From: an uncultured archaeon
GTDB taxonomy: Archaea; Asgardarchaeota; Lokiarchaeia; Sigyniarchaeales; SOKP01
NCBI GenBank assembly: GCA_964632315.1
Contig: CAZWEM010000021.1
Span: 16,564 to 64,049, forward strand
Direction of reading: 5' to 3'
DNA length: 47,486 nucleotides
Position numbers and translations under genes: made by a program. A model generated the notes under the pieces. The model was not told where the DNA came from. It saw nothing but the letters and a program-made list of their open reading frames with translations, and ran no database searches. Shown here one piece after another: positions 9,743-18,508 of this stretch. How positions within the stretch are numbered: position 1 is the first letter of the stretch; every line of letters begins with the position of its first letter.

Positions 9743-9913
9743 GATATCAATTCTCTTGTTTGTTTTAATTTGATTTCAATATTTCAATACCTACAAGATT
9801 TGGAACCAATAAAAACGTTTCTATATACCTATCAAAATATTGAATATCAATTCGATACACGAATTTTAATAAAACATAAAATAAATTCTAAGCGTGAAAG
9901 ACGAGAAAATAAG

Positions 9914-10015
9914 TGCGTCGCCCGGGAATCGAACCCGGGTCGCCAAGTTGGCAACCTGGCATACTGACCAGACTACTCTTGCCAAGAAGCTTAGCAAGGT
10001 CTATACTAGCAACGC
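9914..10015 (-). tRNA. tRNA-Gly(GCC) with a 28-nt D-loop intron
   Basis: Minus strand: GCGTTGC/GCGACGC acceptor, CCAGG-TTGCCAA-CTTGG anticodon arm, CCGGG-TTCGATT-CCCGG T-arm; 102 nt total, 74 nt after removing the insert. Confidence 0.92.
9972..9999 (-). other. non-canonical tRNA intron, best fit at position 16/17
   Basis: CCTTGCTAAGCTTCTTGGCAAGAGTAGT contains a 9-bp hairpin; flanks give relaxed bulge-helix-bulge spacing. Exact boundaries could shift by a few nt. Confidence 0.72.
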
Positions 10016-10131
10016 AACTGATATCAATGATAATTTACTAACTAATTAAAATTTTTTGTTTGGGGAAGTGAAATTAAATCTGCAACTCGAATTCCGGCTA
10101 GACTCATTAATTTTAGCACCTAAATTTAAAC

Positions 10132-11157
10132 TCAATCGGAAAACTCAGAAAAAATTTGCTCTAATTTATGTGATTGGATAAATTTTTCAACTTCGTTAAA
10201 ATCTGATGGAATTCCTTCTCTCACTCCCGTTTTCATTGATTCAAATGAAGACATTGCTGAAGCTATTTTAGACATTTTCTCGAGAGGATATCCATTTAGT
10301 TTGGATAGTAGCAATCCACTTAAAAATGCATCTCCAGCACCAGTTGTATCAATTACATCTACATCATAAATACCATTTCTTACCATTTTCTTGCCATCGC
10401 TGACTATGGAACCATTTGCACCATCGGTTATTGAAACTAACTTTGGCCCCAGTTGGTGGATTTTTCTTGCTGCATAATTACGTTCTTTTTCTTGGGTGAA
10501 TTCCTCAGCTTCTTCAGTATTCATTGATACGATATCTGACCGTGATATTAACTTCTTTGCCCATTCAGGGTTATGTTTAATAATTGACATGCTTGGGGCA
10601 GCACAAACTAATCCGTTATGTTGTTTAGTTAAACTTATTGCTTTATCAATAGCTTGGCAACCATTTTCGGATGTTAATGAAGTCCACGCAAATGCTGCAA
10701 TATCATTGAATAATTCATCTTTCACATGCTCTGGCTTGAGTAGATTATTAGCACCTTTATATGCCAAAATACTGCGGTCTTTTCCCCACTCTGTTTTCAA
10801 GATTACAGAAAAAGCCGTACGGTCCTCGTCTGTCTGGATTAAATCAGATAAATCTACTCCGCGATTTTTTAAATCATTGATGCAGATTTCAGCGGAAAAA
10901 TCGTTGCCTATGATCCCTACATAGATGGCATGAAATCCTAGCATGGCGCAATTAGCTGCTATATTCGCTCCTGAACCCCCTGGAAAAAATCTTATTGACT
11001 CAACGTTTAACTTGCGACTATATTCAATAGCTGTATATTTTTTAACAATTTCTTTATCAAATAATTCGAATCTAAGAATATCATTTACTTGGATTAATGC
11101 ATCCAAGGTATTACTACCAATTGTTATTACTTTCTTTTTATTATCCATTATTAACAC
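10132..11157 (-). CDS. PfkB-family carbohydrate kinase
   Basis: GGSGANIA, NTEEA, TDGANG, DTTGAGDAF signature; ATG 11148 probable start. Confidence 0.94.
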   Translation of the reverse strand: MLIMDNKKKVITIGSNTLDALIQVNDILRFELFDKEIVKKYTAIEYSRKLNVESIRFFPGGSGANIAANCAMLGFHAIYVGIIGNDFSAEICINDLKNRGVDLSDLIQTDEDRTAFSVILKTEWGKDRSILAYKGANNLLKPEHVKDELFNDIAAFAWTSLTSENGCQAIDKAISLTKQHNGLVCAAPSMSIIKHNPEWAKKLISRSDIVSMNTEEAEEFTQEKERNYAARKIHQLGPKLVSITDGANGSIVSDGKKMVRNGIYDVDVIDTTGAGDAFLSGLLLSKLNGYPLEKMSKIASAMSSFESMKTGVREGIPSDFNEVEKFIQSHKLEQIFSEFSD

Positions 11158-11249
11158 TGAATATTCAGTTTAAAAATTAAGATAAGAATGATGCTAAGTT
11201 TTAAAAAATTTTGCCCTAAAAAAGTTATACCAAAAGAAAGAGCTTAAAA

Positions 11250-11876
11250 TTAGTCTCTAGATTTTAATTTGTTTAATTCATCTTCTAATTCTTTTACTTT
11301 ACCATCAGGTTCTACCGTAGGTAATGCCCCACCAACTTCAACTTGTATTTCAGCATCGATTTCTCCTAAAGCTTCTTTCACCTGGTCATCTGTAACTGAT
11401 GTATCAACCATCATATCGCCAATGCCATCCGAGGTGATTTCTTCAGTCAAGCTAAAATCTTCCATATCAATCCCAATTTGATCCATTAAATCAGTTAATT
11501 GAGGTATAGATAATTGACTTTTTAATATCCCTAAACTAGTAGCAATTCCTTGCATGATGTCTGCTACGTCTTTTACGGCATTTGCTTGTTCTAATTTGAA
11601 GACCATGCCCTCTAAATTAGTTCTAAAATGATCAATCGCTCTTGCTTGTTTTTTAATCTGTAGATGATTTCGAACATGAAAAGCAGATCCTTCCATATCT
11701 CCTGCTTTTCTAAGATTGACTGCTTTATCTCTTGCTAATTTCGATTTCATTTCCATATTTTTAACTTGTCTCATTAAACGTTTATTGAACACTTTCAATT
11801 TTACGGTAGCTGAACGAACAGTATCTTTCTTCTTTCCTCCGCTGAGCCATCCGCTTAAATCCTTCAGAAAACCCAT
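11250..11876 (-). CDS. ESCRT-III (Snf7 family), Vps2/24/46-like
   Basis: N-terminal amphipathic MGFLKDLSGWL, basic helical hairpin, acidic C-terminal half, C-terminal MIM-like helix; divergent from vps4. Confidence 0.9.
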   Translation of the reverse strand: MGFLKDLSGWLSGGKKKDTVRSATVKLKVFNKRLMRQVKNMEMKSKLARDKAVNLRKAGDMEGSAFHVRNHLQIKKQARAIDHFRTNLEGMVFKLEQANAVKDVADIMQGIATSLGILKSQLSIPQLTDLMDQIGIDMEDFSLTEEITSDGIGDMMVDTSVTDDQVKEALGEIDAEIQVEVGGALPTVEPDGKVKELEDELNKLKSRD

Positions 11877-11929
11877 TTCACATCAACCAATACAAATACT
11901 TGTTTTATATTATGATATTATTATTCTCG

Positions 11930-11961
11930 TTATATAATTTTTTGGAGTCCAATACTTAAGA
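11930..11961 (-). promoter_or_regulatory. ESCRT-III promoter: TATA box (11930-11937) preceded by palindrome TTGGACTCCAA and shared flank
   Basis: Minus strand reads TCTTAAGTATTGGACTCCAAAAAATTATATAA, about 55-60 nt upstream of the ATG; near-identical element at 18788-18809. Confidence 0.6.
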
Positions 11962-12015
11962 GACAAGAGTTTAGAAAATTTGATATATTTACAAATGTTA
12001 AATAATAAAACAACG

Positions 12016-12039
12016 ATTGAACTCAGTTACCTATAAATA
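12016..12039 (+). promoter_or_regulatory. vps4 promoter: TATAAATA box preceded by ATTGAACTC (degenerate copy of ATTGGACTC)
   Basis: ATTGAACTCAGTTACCTATAAATA, TATA about 50 nt upstream of ATG 12084; same spacing to TATA as in the ESCRT-III promoter. Confidence 0.4.
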
Positions 12040-12083
12040 ATAAGAATTTCATAATAGAAATAATTACTTCGAAAGGTTTTCAC

Positions 12084-13304
12084 ATGAGTAGTGTTGATTC
12101 AAAATTATATCAAGTTGCTGTACGTGAAGCTCAAGCAGCAGTAGAGCTTGATGAGAAGGGGCAATATCGTCAAGCTATAAATAAGTATCAGAGAGCCGCT
12201 GATATCTTAATAAAGTTCATGAAATATAATAAAAATCCTCAAATGAGAATGCTCTGTCAAGATAAGGTGGAGAATTTTTTAGAACGAGTGAAAGTTTTGA
12301 AAGCACATTTAAGTGGACCTCGTGCAAGAAGAACGCATCCTACTCCTAAAATGGATGATTCCAAGGGAGATAAACCTTCTAATGGAAGTGAAAGCGAATA
12401 TTCTGCTGAAGAGCAAGAACTCATTGATTCAATTACAGGTACTATACTCACAGAATCTCCAAATGTCCGATGGACTGATATTGCGGGCTTGGAAATTTCT
12501 AAACAATCACTTCGTGAAGCAATAGTTTTACCTATCCTGAAGCCTCAGCTTTTTACTGGAGCTCGCAAACCATGGTCAGGAATTCTATTATTTGGGCCCC
12601 CAGGATGCGGAAAAACATTACTAGCTAAGGCTGCAGCTACAGAATGTAAAGCTACCTTTTTTAGTGTATCATCAGCTGATCTATTAAGCAAGTGGTTAGG
12701 CGAGAGTGAAAAATTGATCAGCTCTCTATTCAAGCTTGCTCGAATTAAAGCTCCAAGTTTAATCTTTATGGATGAAATTGATTCGGTTGCAACTAGAAGA
12801 GGTGAAGGTAGTGAGGGGGGAGGTGAAAGAAGAGTAAAAACCCAATTATTGAGTGAAATTCAAGGGGTAAAATCCACCCATGATAAAACAATGCTAGTGT
12901 TAGGTGCAACGAATCGTCCTTGGGATATTGATACTGCCATGCTTAGTAGATTTGAAAAAAAGGTGTACGTTCCACTTCCAGATATGCCTGCAAGAGCAGG
13001 AATTTTTAAAATTCACACTGCAGGAATTAATTCAGATCTATCTGATGAAGATTATGTTGAGTTAGCTGTAAGATCTGAAGGATATTCTGGAAGAGATATT
13101 TCTAATGTTTGTCGAGAAGTGATAATGATTCCAGTAAGAGAACTTGATATGGGAGGCTTACTTTCCGATGAGAACAATGAAGTTATTGTAAGGAATATCA
13201 ATTTAAATGATTTTAAGAAAACTTTGAAGAAAGTGAAACCAATGACTACAGGAAAGGAACTAAGACATTATGAAGAGTGGGCTGAAGAGTTTGGTGAATA
13301 TTAA
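12084..13304 (+). CDS. vps4: Vps4 AAA+ ATPase with N-terminal MIT domain
   Basis: MIT three-helix N-terminus (AVELDEKGQY), Walker A GPPGCGKT, pore loop SKWLGESE, Walker B IFMDE, ATNRPW, C-terminal helix ending EEFG; ESCRT context. Confidence 0.95.
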   Translation: MSSVDSKLYQVAVREAQAAVELDEKGQYRQAINKYQRAADILIKFMKYNKNPQMRMLCQDKVENFLERVKVLKAHLSGPRARRTHPTPKMDDSKGDKPSNGSESEYSAEEQELIDSITGTILTESPNVRWTDIAGLEISKQSLREAIVLPILKPQLFTGARKPWSGILLFGPPGCGKTLLAKAAATECKATFFSVSSADLLSKWLGESEKLISSLFKLARIKAPSLIFMDEIDSVATRRGEGSEGGGERRVKTQLLSEIQGVKSTHDKTMLVLGATNRPWDIDTAMLSRFEKKVYVPLPDMPARAGIFKIHTAGINSDLSDEDYVELAVRSEGYSGRDISNVCREVIMIPVRELDMGGLLSDENNEVIVRNINLNDFKKTLKKVKPMTTGKELRHYEEWAEEFGEY

Positions 13305-13325
13305 TTAAAAAGACGATGAATTAGC

Positions 13326-14204
13326 ATGGAAAGACAAAAACCAAAAGAAATACCCAAAGAAGTCAAGGAAAAGACAGATCGAGAACTGGAAGAATTACGA
13401 AGAGAATTAGCTCGCTTAAAACAATTAAAAAAACAAAAACAACTTCTCGAAATTCAAGAAGAGGATATTTCTCAAGAAGAACCATTAACTGAGGCCAAAC
13501 AAGAGAATATTGAGAAACGATTGAATAAAATTGAGGACTTTCTTACATCTAAATTAGGAGAGATTGATACTAAAGCATATGAACAAAACGCTGAAGAAAT
13601 TGAAAAAGAATTAGAGTTAATAGAAAAGGAAATTATCGGCGAGAAAGCGGTTGTTGCTAAAGAAATATCTACTTATGAACTATTATTAAGTGATTATCCA
13701 TGGTTAGAGGAACAACGTTATATATTCATGTTTTCTATTCCAAATAAAAAGAAAAATACTTCTGATTATGAATCATGGAAAAATGAATGGTCAAAGGTGT
13801 TATTTGATTATGCAAGATACGCAATTTTACACATTCTTTATTTAAGAAAGTTACATGGCATCAAACCTTTCTCTAAATTTGAGAATAGAGAAGAGGCATT
13901 GAGAGAAATTGCGGATGAACTAGTAGAAAGAGAACAAGCGGAATGGTTATCAAAGAGTAAGGAAAAACTAAGAGTTTATTGGAAGACTTTAGATAACTGG
14001 GCGGAAGAAATTTATGAGTGGGCAAAGGAAATATCTCCACTTGAACCGATCTTAATTTTTGAAATAAGAGAATCAAATCAAGAGTTTAGTACATTACCAA
14101 AAGAAGATATCGAGCAGATTTTCAAGTTATTAGAAAAAGAGAATCGTGGTAAAATCATTAAATTAGAGGATGGGCAGATCTCTTTTAAAATTACAGTGGA
14201 ATAA
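13326..14204 (+). CDS. vps25: ESCRT-II Vps25-like protein with long N-terminal coiled-coil extension
   Basis: C-terminal double winged-helix pattern W...W, AEW, VYWKTLDNWAEEIYEWA; directly downstream of vps4. Confidence 0.85.
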   Translation: MERQKPKEIPKEVKEKTDRELEELRRELARLKQLKKQKQLLEIQEEDISQEEPLTEAKQENIEKRLNKIEDFLTSKLGEIDTKAYEQNAEEIEKELELIEKEIIGEKAVVAKEISTYELLLSDYPWLEEQRYIFMFSIPNKKKNTSDYESWKNEWSKVLFDYARYAILHILYLRKLHGIKPFSKFENREEALREIADELVEREQAEWLSKSKEKLRVYWKTLDNWAEEIYEWAKEISPLEPILIFEIRESNQEFSTLPKEDIEQIFKLLEKENRGKIIKLEDGQISFKITVE

Positions 14205-14211
14205 CCTGAAC

Positions 14212-14937
14212 TTATAAAGATGGAAAAAACCACTGCTTTCCCTTCAAAATCGATGCAGTATATTTTGCTACTCCACTGTGCTCTAATGATTCAAGAGTTT
14301 TTAAGGCACGATCTTGGGACCAATCGAGTGCAGAACATACATCTTCTAAAGATATATAACCCTTTTCTCTCGCAACTCCTATAACTTGAACTTCATCTGA
14401 AGTATATTCAACTGGGAAGAACCGAATCATGACAATTCCTGAGTCATATTCTAGTAAATCATCAATCACATGCTTTTTCTTAAGAATTTTTAATGCCTTT
14501 AGTAAATCTTTAAGCTCTATGTTCCCTTTCAAAATAGCAGTATTTACTAAATCAAAAACATCTTGCATTGGGACCAAGCCTGCTCCTATCTCTTCTTTTT
14601 GCAATAATTGCCTTTGATAAGCTAATAATCCTAATTTTTCGTGATCAATTTTATTTCTTTTTACCAATACATCATGTTCGGTTATTTGCTCGGTTATAAT
14701 TTTCGAAGAAGGGATATTATATTTTTTTTGTAATTCTCTTACTTCCTCTTTTAATTCAGGGGTTAAAGCTAAAATTATTCCATGTTTTTTAGCTAAATCC
14801 CTCAACTTTTCCTTAGTAAGATTTTCTGTAGATGCTTTTTCTTGTAATTCTTTTATTTTTAATTCTGCGGCTTTCTTGCGAATTGCTTCCTTTAGATCGA
14901 TTTCATCTTCAATTTTTCTTATGCCCAAAAAAATCAC
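14212..14937 (-). CDS. ESCRT-II Vps22/36-like (EAP30 domain) protein
   Basis: LGIRKI N-terminus, GLVPMQDV, DLLKALKIL, C-terminal winged helix LDWSQDRALKTLESL...WFFPSL; TTG at 14928 after GTGAT is a plausible start. Confidence 0.85.
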   Translation of the reverse strand: MIFLGIRKIEDEIDLKEAIRKKAAELKIKELQEKASTENLTKEKLRDLAKKHGIILALTPELKEEVRELQKKYNIPSSKIITEQITEHDVLVKRNKIDHEKLGLLAYQRQLLQKEEIGAGLVPMQDVFDLVNTAILKGNIELKDLLKALKILKKKHVIDDLLEYDSGIVMIRFFPVEYTSDEVQVIGVAREKGYISLEDVCSALDWSQDRALKTLESLEHSGVAKYTASILKGKQWFFPSL

Positions 14938-14981
14938 TTAATTTTTAATCGCTAATATATCCCTAATTTTTTATACCTTAA

Positions 14982-15599
14982 ATGTCTAATATATACACAA
15001 ATTCTTATTTCTTTTTATTATCATTAATAATGATTCCTATGAATTTTAGAGCTTTGAAAAATAGTGAGTTTGAGTTTATTCAGGCAGCATTAATTCAAAT
15101 ATCTCCAAGACTTGTTTCATATGTGCAAATTCGAAGATCATTTTTATTTACTTCGATATCTGGTAAAAGGAATAAGAATTTGGTTTATATGATTACTGAA
15201 AACATCAAAAATATACAAAAAAAGCTTCAGAAAAAAGTAGATCTCATTTCAGCAGGGACATATCTAGGATTTTTAAGAATGCAAAAATTCTTTTTAAGTT
15301 TGGAAGGAGCAGAATATTTTTTTAAGGAAAAACTAATACCAGATCAAATCATTATTAGAGTTTCTAAGGAAGGAGAAAAATCTATTCTCTATGGAAATCC
15401 AATAGAAAGAAGAATGATTCTAGATAACAATTATAATGTAAAAAAGGGTTCGATTGTATTAATATTAAACCAGTTCAATGAATTAGTAGCTCTTGGTCAT
15501 GCAGAAGTGGCCCTTAATAATCTAAAATCATTTAAAGAGAGAGAAATTCTTATTTCAAATTTGATTGATAAAGGTTATTACCTAAGGAGAGCCCAATGA
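14982..15599 (+). CDS. nip7: Nip7-like large-subunit biogenesis protein (PUA domain)
   Basis: GTYLG, LSLEGA, EKSILYG, VALG, DKGYYLR; ATG 15039 probable start. Confidence 0.85.
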   Translation: MSNIYTNSYFFLLSLIMIPMNFRALKNSEFEFIQAALIQISPRLVSYVQIRRSFLFTSISGKRNKNLVYMITENIKNIQKKLQKKVDLISAGTYLGFLRMQKFFLSLEGAEYFFKEKLIPDQIIIRVSKEGEKSILYGNPIERRMILDNNYNVKKGSIVLILNQFNELVALGHAEVALNNLKSFKEREILISNLIDKGYYLRRAQ

Positions 15600-16798
15600 T
15601 CAAAGCTCAATCAAGAAGTCATATTTGGATCATTTGGATTATAACATTCTTTAATGGACTAATTTTTTACATTCCAATTTTTGCTCTATACCTACAACAA
15701 CAACTTCTAGATTTTACTGAAGTCGCATTAATTATGGCATTTCAATCAATTTTCATAATTATCTTTGAGATCCCTTCTGGAGCTTTTGCAGACCTATTTG
15801 GAAGAAAGAAATCCTTAGTTATTGGAGCTTCTCTCAATTTACTGAGTTTATTCTTTCTATATTTTGGGTCTAATTTTTTTATTCTAACACTTTTTGCAAT
15901 TACTAGTGCATTATTTCAGAGTTTAAATAGTGGCACCATTGAAGCAATAATTTATGACACCCTTAAAGAAAATGATAAAGATGAAATGAAGAATAATCAC
16001 ACAGGAAAAAAGACAACATTCAAGCAATTTATAGCAGTAAATGGTGCGATATGGCCAATATCTGCAAGTATTGCATCATTATTGGGAAGCCTCTTAAGTG
16101 TGCATGGCTATAAAATCACCATTTTAGTGACATTTTTACCTGTAATTGTTAGACTACTGCTTATCCTCAAAATTAGAGACCCTACTCAGATTAACCCCGA
16201 TAGAAAGAATATCCTGGCCCAAATAAAAGTCTCTATGAAATATATTCACATAGATAAACAAATTAAGTTGTTGTTACTATCGGGTTTTTTAGTTTATTCC
16301 TTCGCAGAAGTTGCATTTCAGATGAAACCAATTTATTTTAGCGCAATTGATTTGCCAATTGAGTATTTTGGAATTATTTATACCCTTTCTTTTGCTTTTA
16401 GTTTCCTCGGTTCAATATTCTCTGAAAGAATATCACTTTATTTTTCTTACAAAACATTATTAATTTCTGCTCAAGTCTCGATAGGACTTTTCTTTTTTGC
16501 TCCAAGTTTTATTCCTTTTGCTTTTATCAATGCAACTATTATGAGTATTGAATCGTTCTTCTGGGGGCTAAGGTGGCCAATTCAAATAGACTGGATTAAT
16601 TCAAGAATCAATTCAAAGGAAAGAGCAACGATTAATTCAGCAACAAATCTAATGAATAATCTAGGTTTTACTATCTTCGTGATTCTTGCTGGTATAAGTT
16701 TAGAAATAATAGATCCGATTTGGTTAATTAGGTTTATTGGAATTTTTCAAATATTTACGATTTTTTTACTTTTTGGGTTAAAAAATCAAATCAATTGA
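15596..16798 (+). CDS. MFS transporter
   Basis: About 12 TM helices, FEIPSGAFADLFGRKKS motif A, ERATINS; ATGA overlap with nip7. Confidence 0.93.
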   Translation: MIKAQSRSHIWIIWIITFFNGLIFYIPIFALYLQQQLLDFTEVALIMAFQSIFIIIFEIPSGAFADLFGRKKSLVIGASLNLLSLFFLYFGSNFFILTLFAITSALFQSLNSGTIEAIIYDTLKENDKDEMKNNHTGKKTTFKQFIAVNGAIWPISASIASLLGSLLSVHGYKITILVTFLPVIVRLLLILKIRDPTQINPDRKNILAQIKVSMKYIHIDKQIKLLLLSGFLVYSFAEVAFQMKPIYFSAIDLPIEYFGIIYTLSFAFSFLGSIFSERISLYFSYKTLLISAQVSIGLFFFAPSFIPFAFINATIMSIESFFWGLRWPIQIDWINSRINSKERATINSATNLMNNLGFTIFVILAGISLEIIDPIWLIRFIGIFQIFTIFLLFGLKNQIN

Positions 16799-16803
16799 AT
16801 AGA

Positions 16804-17775
16804 TTAGTAATTCTTTTGGATGAGACAAATAAAAAATCCAATTGTATCGTCAACATGAGGATAAAGGCGTAATGAATTAATCAAATCTTTCCTTAAATTT
16901 CGATTAAACACATTATTATAGCCCGGTACCCCATAATTTAAATTAATTTTAAGAATCGAGAACTTATCATTCTCTCTAAGAACATCATTTATTACAAATT
17001 CATTTTCTTCAGGTGCGATTGAACATGTACAATACACTAACCTGCCTCCCGGTTTTAACGTTTTTAAACCAGCTTTTAAAAGTTGTTTTTGGATATTTGC
17101 CAACTTTTCGATATCAGAAAGCTTTTTCGTTTTTTTTCTTTTTGGATCCTTACGGATTAAACCTTCTCCTGTACAAGGCGCATCTAATAATATCCCATCT
17201 GCCTTTAAAGTTAATGCACTTAAATTTTTAGCGTCTAAGTTGATAAGAATATAGTTATTTATTGATAATCTTCTTAGATTATACTCTAATTTAGGAATTC
17301 GATTTGCATTGCGTTCAATCAATACTAAAGATCCTTGATTATTCATTTCTTGTGCAATTTGAGTTGCCTTACTCCCAGGAGCTGCACACATATCTATAAT
17401 GAGTTCAGAAGATTTGGGAGATAGAATAAAAGCTGGTAACATGGATGCTTCATTTTGTACATAGTAATAACCTTGAAGAAATTCATGAGTAGCACCAATG
17501 CTATATCTTGATTTTAAGATCTTGAATCCATAAGGAATTTGATCAATTTGTTGAAACTCTAATCCTTTCTTCTCCAATCGAGATAATAATTTCTGAATTT
17601 CTGTTTTAATAGTATTTACCCTGATACACGGTTTTAACGGTTTTTCATTTGCTTTCAAGAGTTCTTTAGTTTCTTCTGTTCCAAGCATCTTTAAATAGCG
17701 ATCAATCATATACGGTAAGTAATCATATTTATTTGCTAGTTTAGAAATTATTGCATTATTTGGAGAGAAGTTCAA
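16804..17775 (-). CDS. Nop2/NOL1/RsmB-family RNA m5C methyltransferase
   Basis: RVNTIK, DMCAAPGSKA, DAPCTGEG, VYCTCS, EENE, GFFI. Confidence 0.95.
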   Translation of the reverse strand: MNFSPNNAIISKLANKYDYLPYMIDRYLKMLGTEETKELLKANEKPLKPCIRVNTIKTEIQKLLSRLEKKGLEFQQIDQIPYGFKILKSRYSIGATHEFLQGYYYVQNEASMLPAFILSPKSSELIIDMCAAPGSKATQIAQEMNNQGSLVLIERNANRIPKLEYNLRRLSINNYILINLDAKNLSALTLKADGILLDAPCTGEGLIRKDPKRKKTKKLSDIEKLANIQKQLLKAGLKTLKPGGRLVYCTCSIAPEENEFVINDVLRENDKFSILKINLNYGVPGYNNVFNRNLRKDLINSLRLYPHVDDTIGFFICLIQKNY

Positions 17776-17865
17776 AATCCTAACATTCCTAAAGATCTTT
17801 AGTATTATTTAATATATATTTAAGAAATCATTATATTTCTTAGCAACAATCGTAAAATCAAAAAC

Positions 17866-18468
17866 ATGTTTGAAGTAGAAATTAAAGTTAAAATTCCAGA
17901 TCCGGATATATTAAAGCAAAAGATTCGTACTCTTAACGGAGTTTATAAAACTTCACTATATCATGAAGACACTTACTTTAACATGCCTAAGGGATTGAGA
18001 GACTTCACAATTACAGATGAAGCTCTTAGATTACGAAAATCAGAAGAATTCATTGAGAATTCTGAAGAAATGGCCCATAAATCAAGCTATTTCTTGACTT
18101 ATAAAGGTAATAAACTAGATCTTAGTACTAAAACTAGAGAAGAAATCGAAGTAAGAGTGAATAACTTTGAAAAAATGTTTAAAATTATGAATGTCTTAGG
18201 GTTCCAAGAGGTTTTAACAATTCAAAAAGAAAGAGAGTTGTATGAAATAACATATTTGGATAAAAAAATTGAGCTTTTAGTGGATTATATCCCAAAATTA
18301 CAAGGCTTTTATATGGAATTAGAGATGATAGTAAATTCTATTGAAGAAATAGATGAAGCACGTGATTTTTTATTTGATTTCTTAGAGAATTTAGATATTT
18401 CTGCTAAAAATTCAATAAGAAAGTCTTACTTGGAATTGATAATAGAACAAGAAAAAGAGTTAAAATAA
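17866..18468 (+). CDS. cyaB: CYTH-domain protein (class IV adenylate cyclase-like)
   Basis: EVEIK, DTYF, ALRLR, LTYKG, REEIE, KERE, ELE, KSYLEL. Actual activity may be triphosphatase. Confidence 0.88.
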   Translation: MFEVEIKVKIPDPDILKQKIRTLNGVYKTSLYHEDTYFNMPKGLRDFTITDEALRLRKSEEFIENSEEMAHKSSYFLTYKGNKLDLSTKTREEIEVRVNNFEKMFKIMNVLGFQEVLTIQKERELYEITYLDKKIELLVDYIPKLQGFYMELEMIVNSIEEIDEARDFLFDFLENLDISAKNSIRKSYLELIIEQEKELK

Positions 18469-18508
18469 ATAAAAATTTTTTAGAAAAAATCTAAACTGAT
18501 ATAAAATG

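Noticed and set aside
6296-9913. Possible integrated element at the 3' side of tRNA-Gly (looser gene spacing, tandem paralogues)
   Set aside because: No integrase or transposase, and I found no duplicate of either tRNA 3' end in the window.
9656-9967. 103-aa ORF on plus
   Set aside because: Overlaps a real minus-strand CDS and the tRNA-Gly gene; its C-terminus is the translated tRNA complement.
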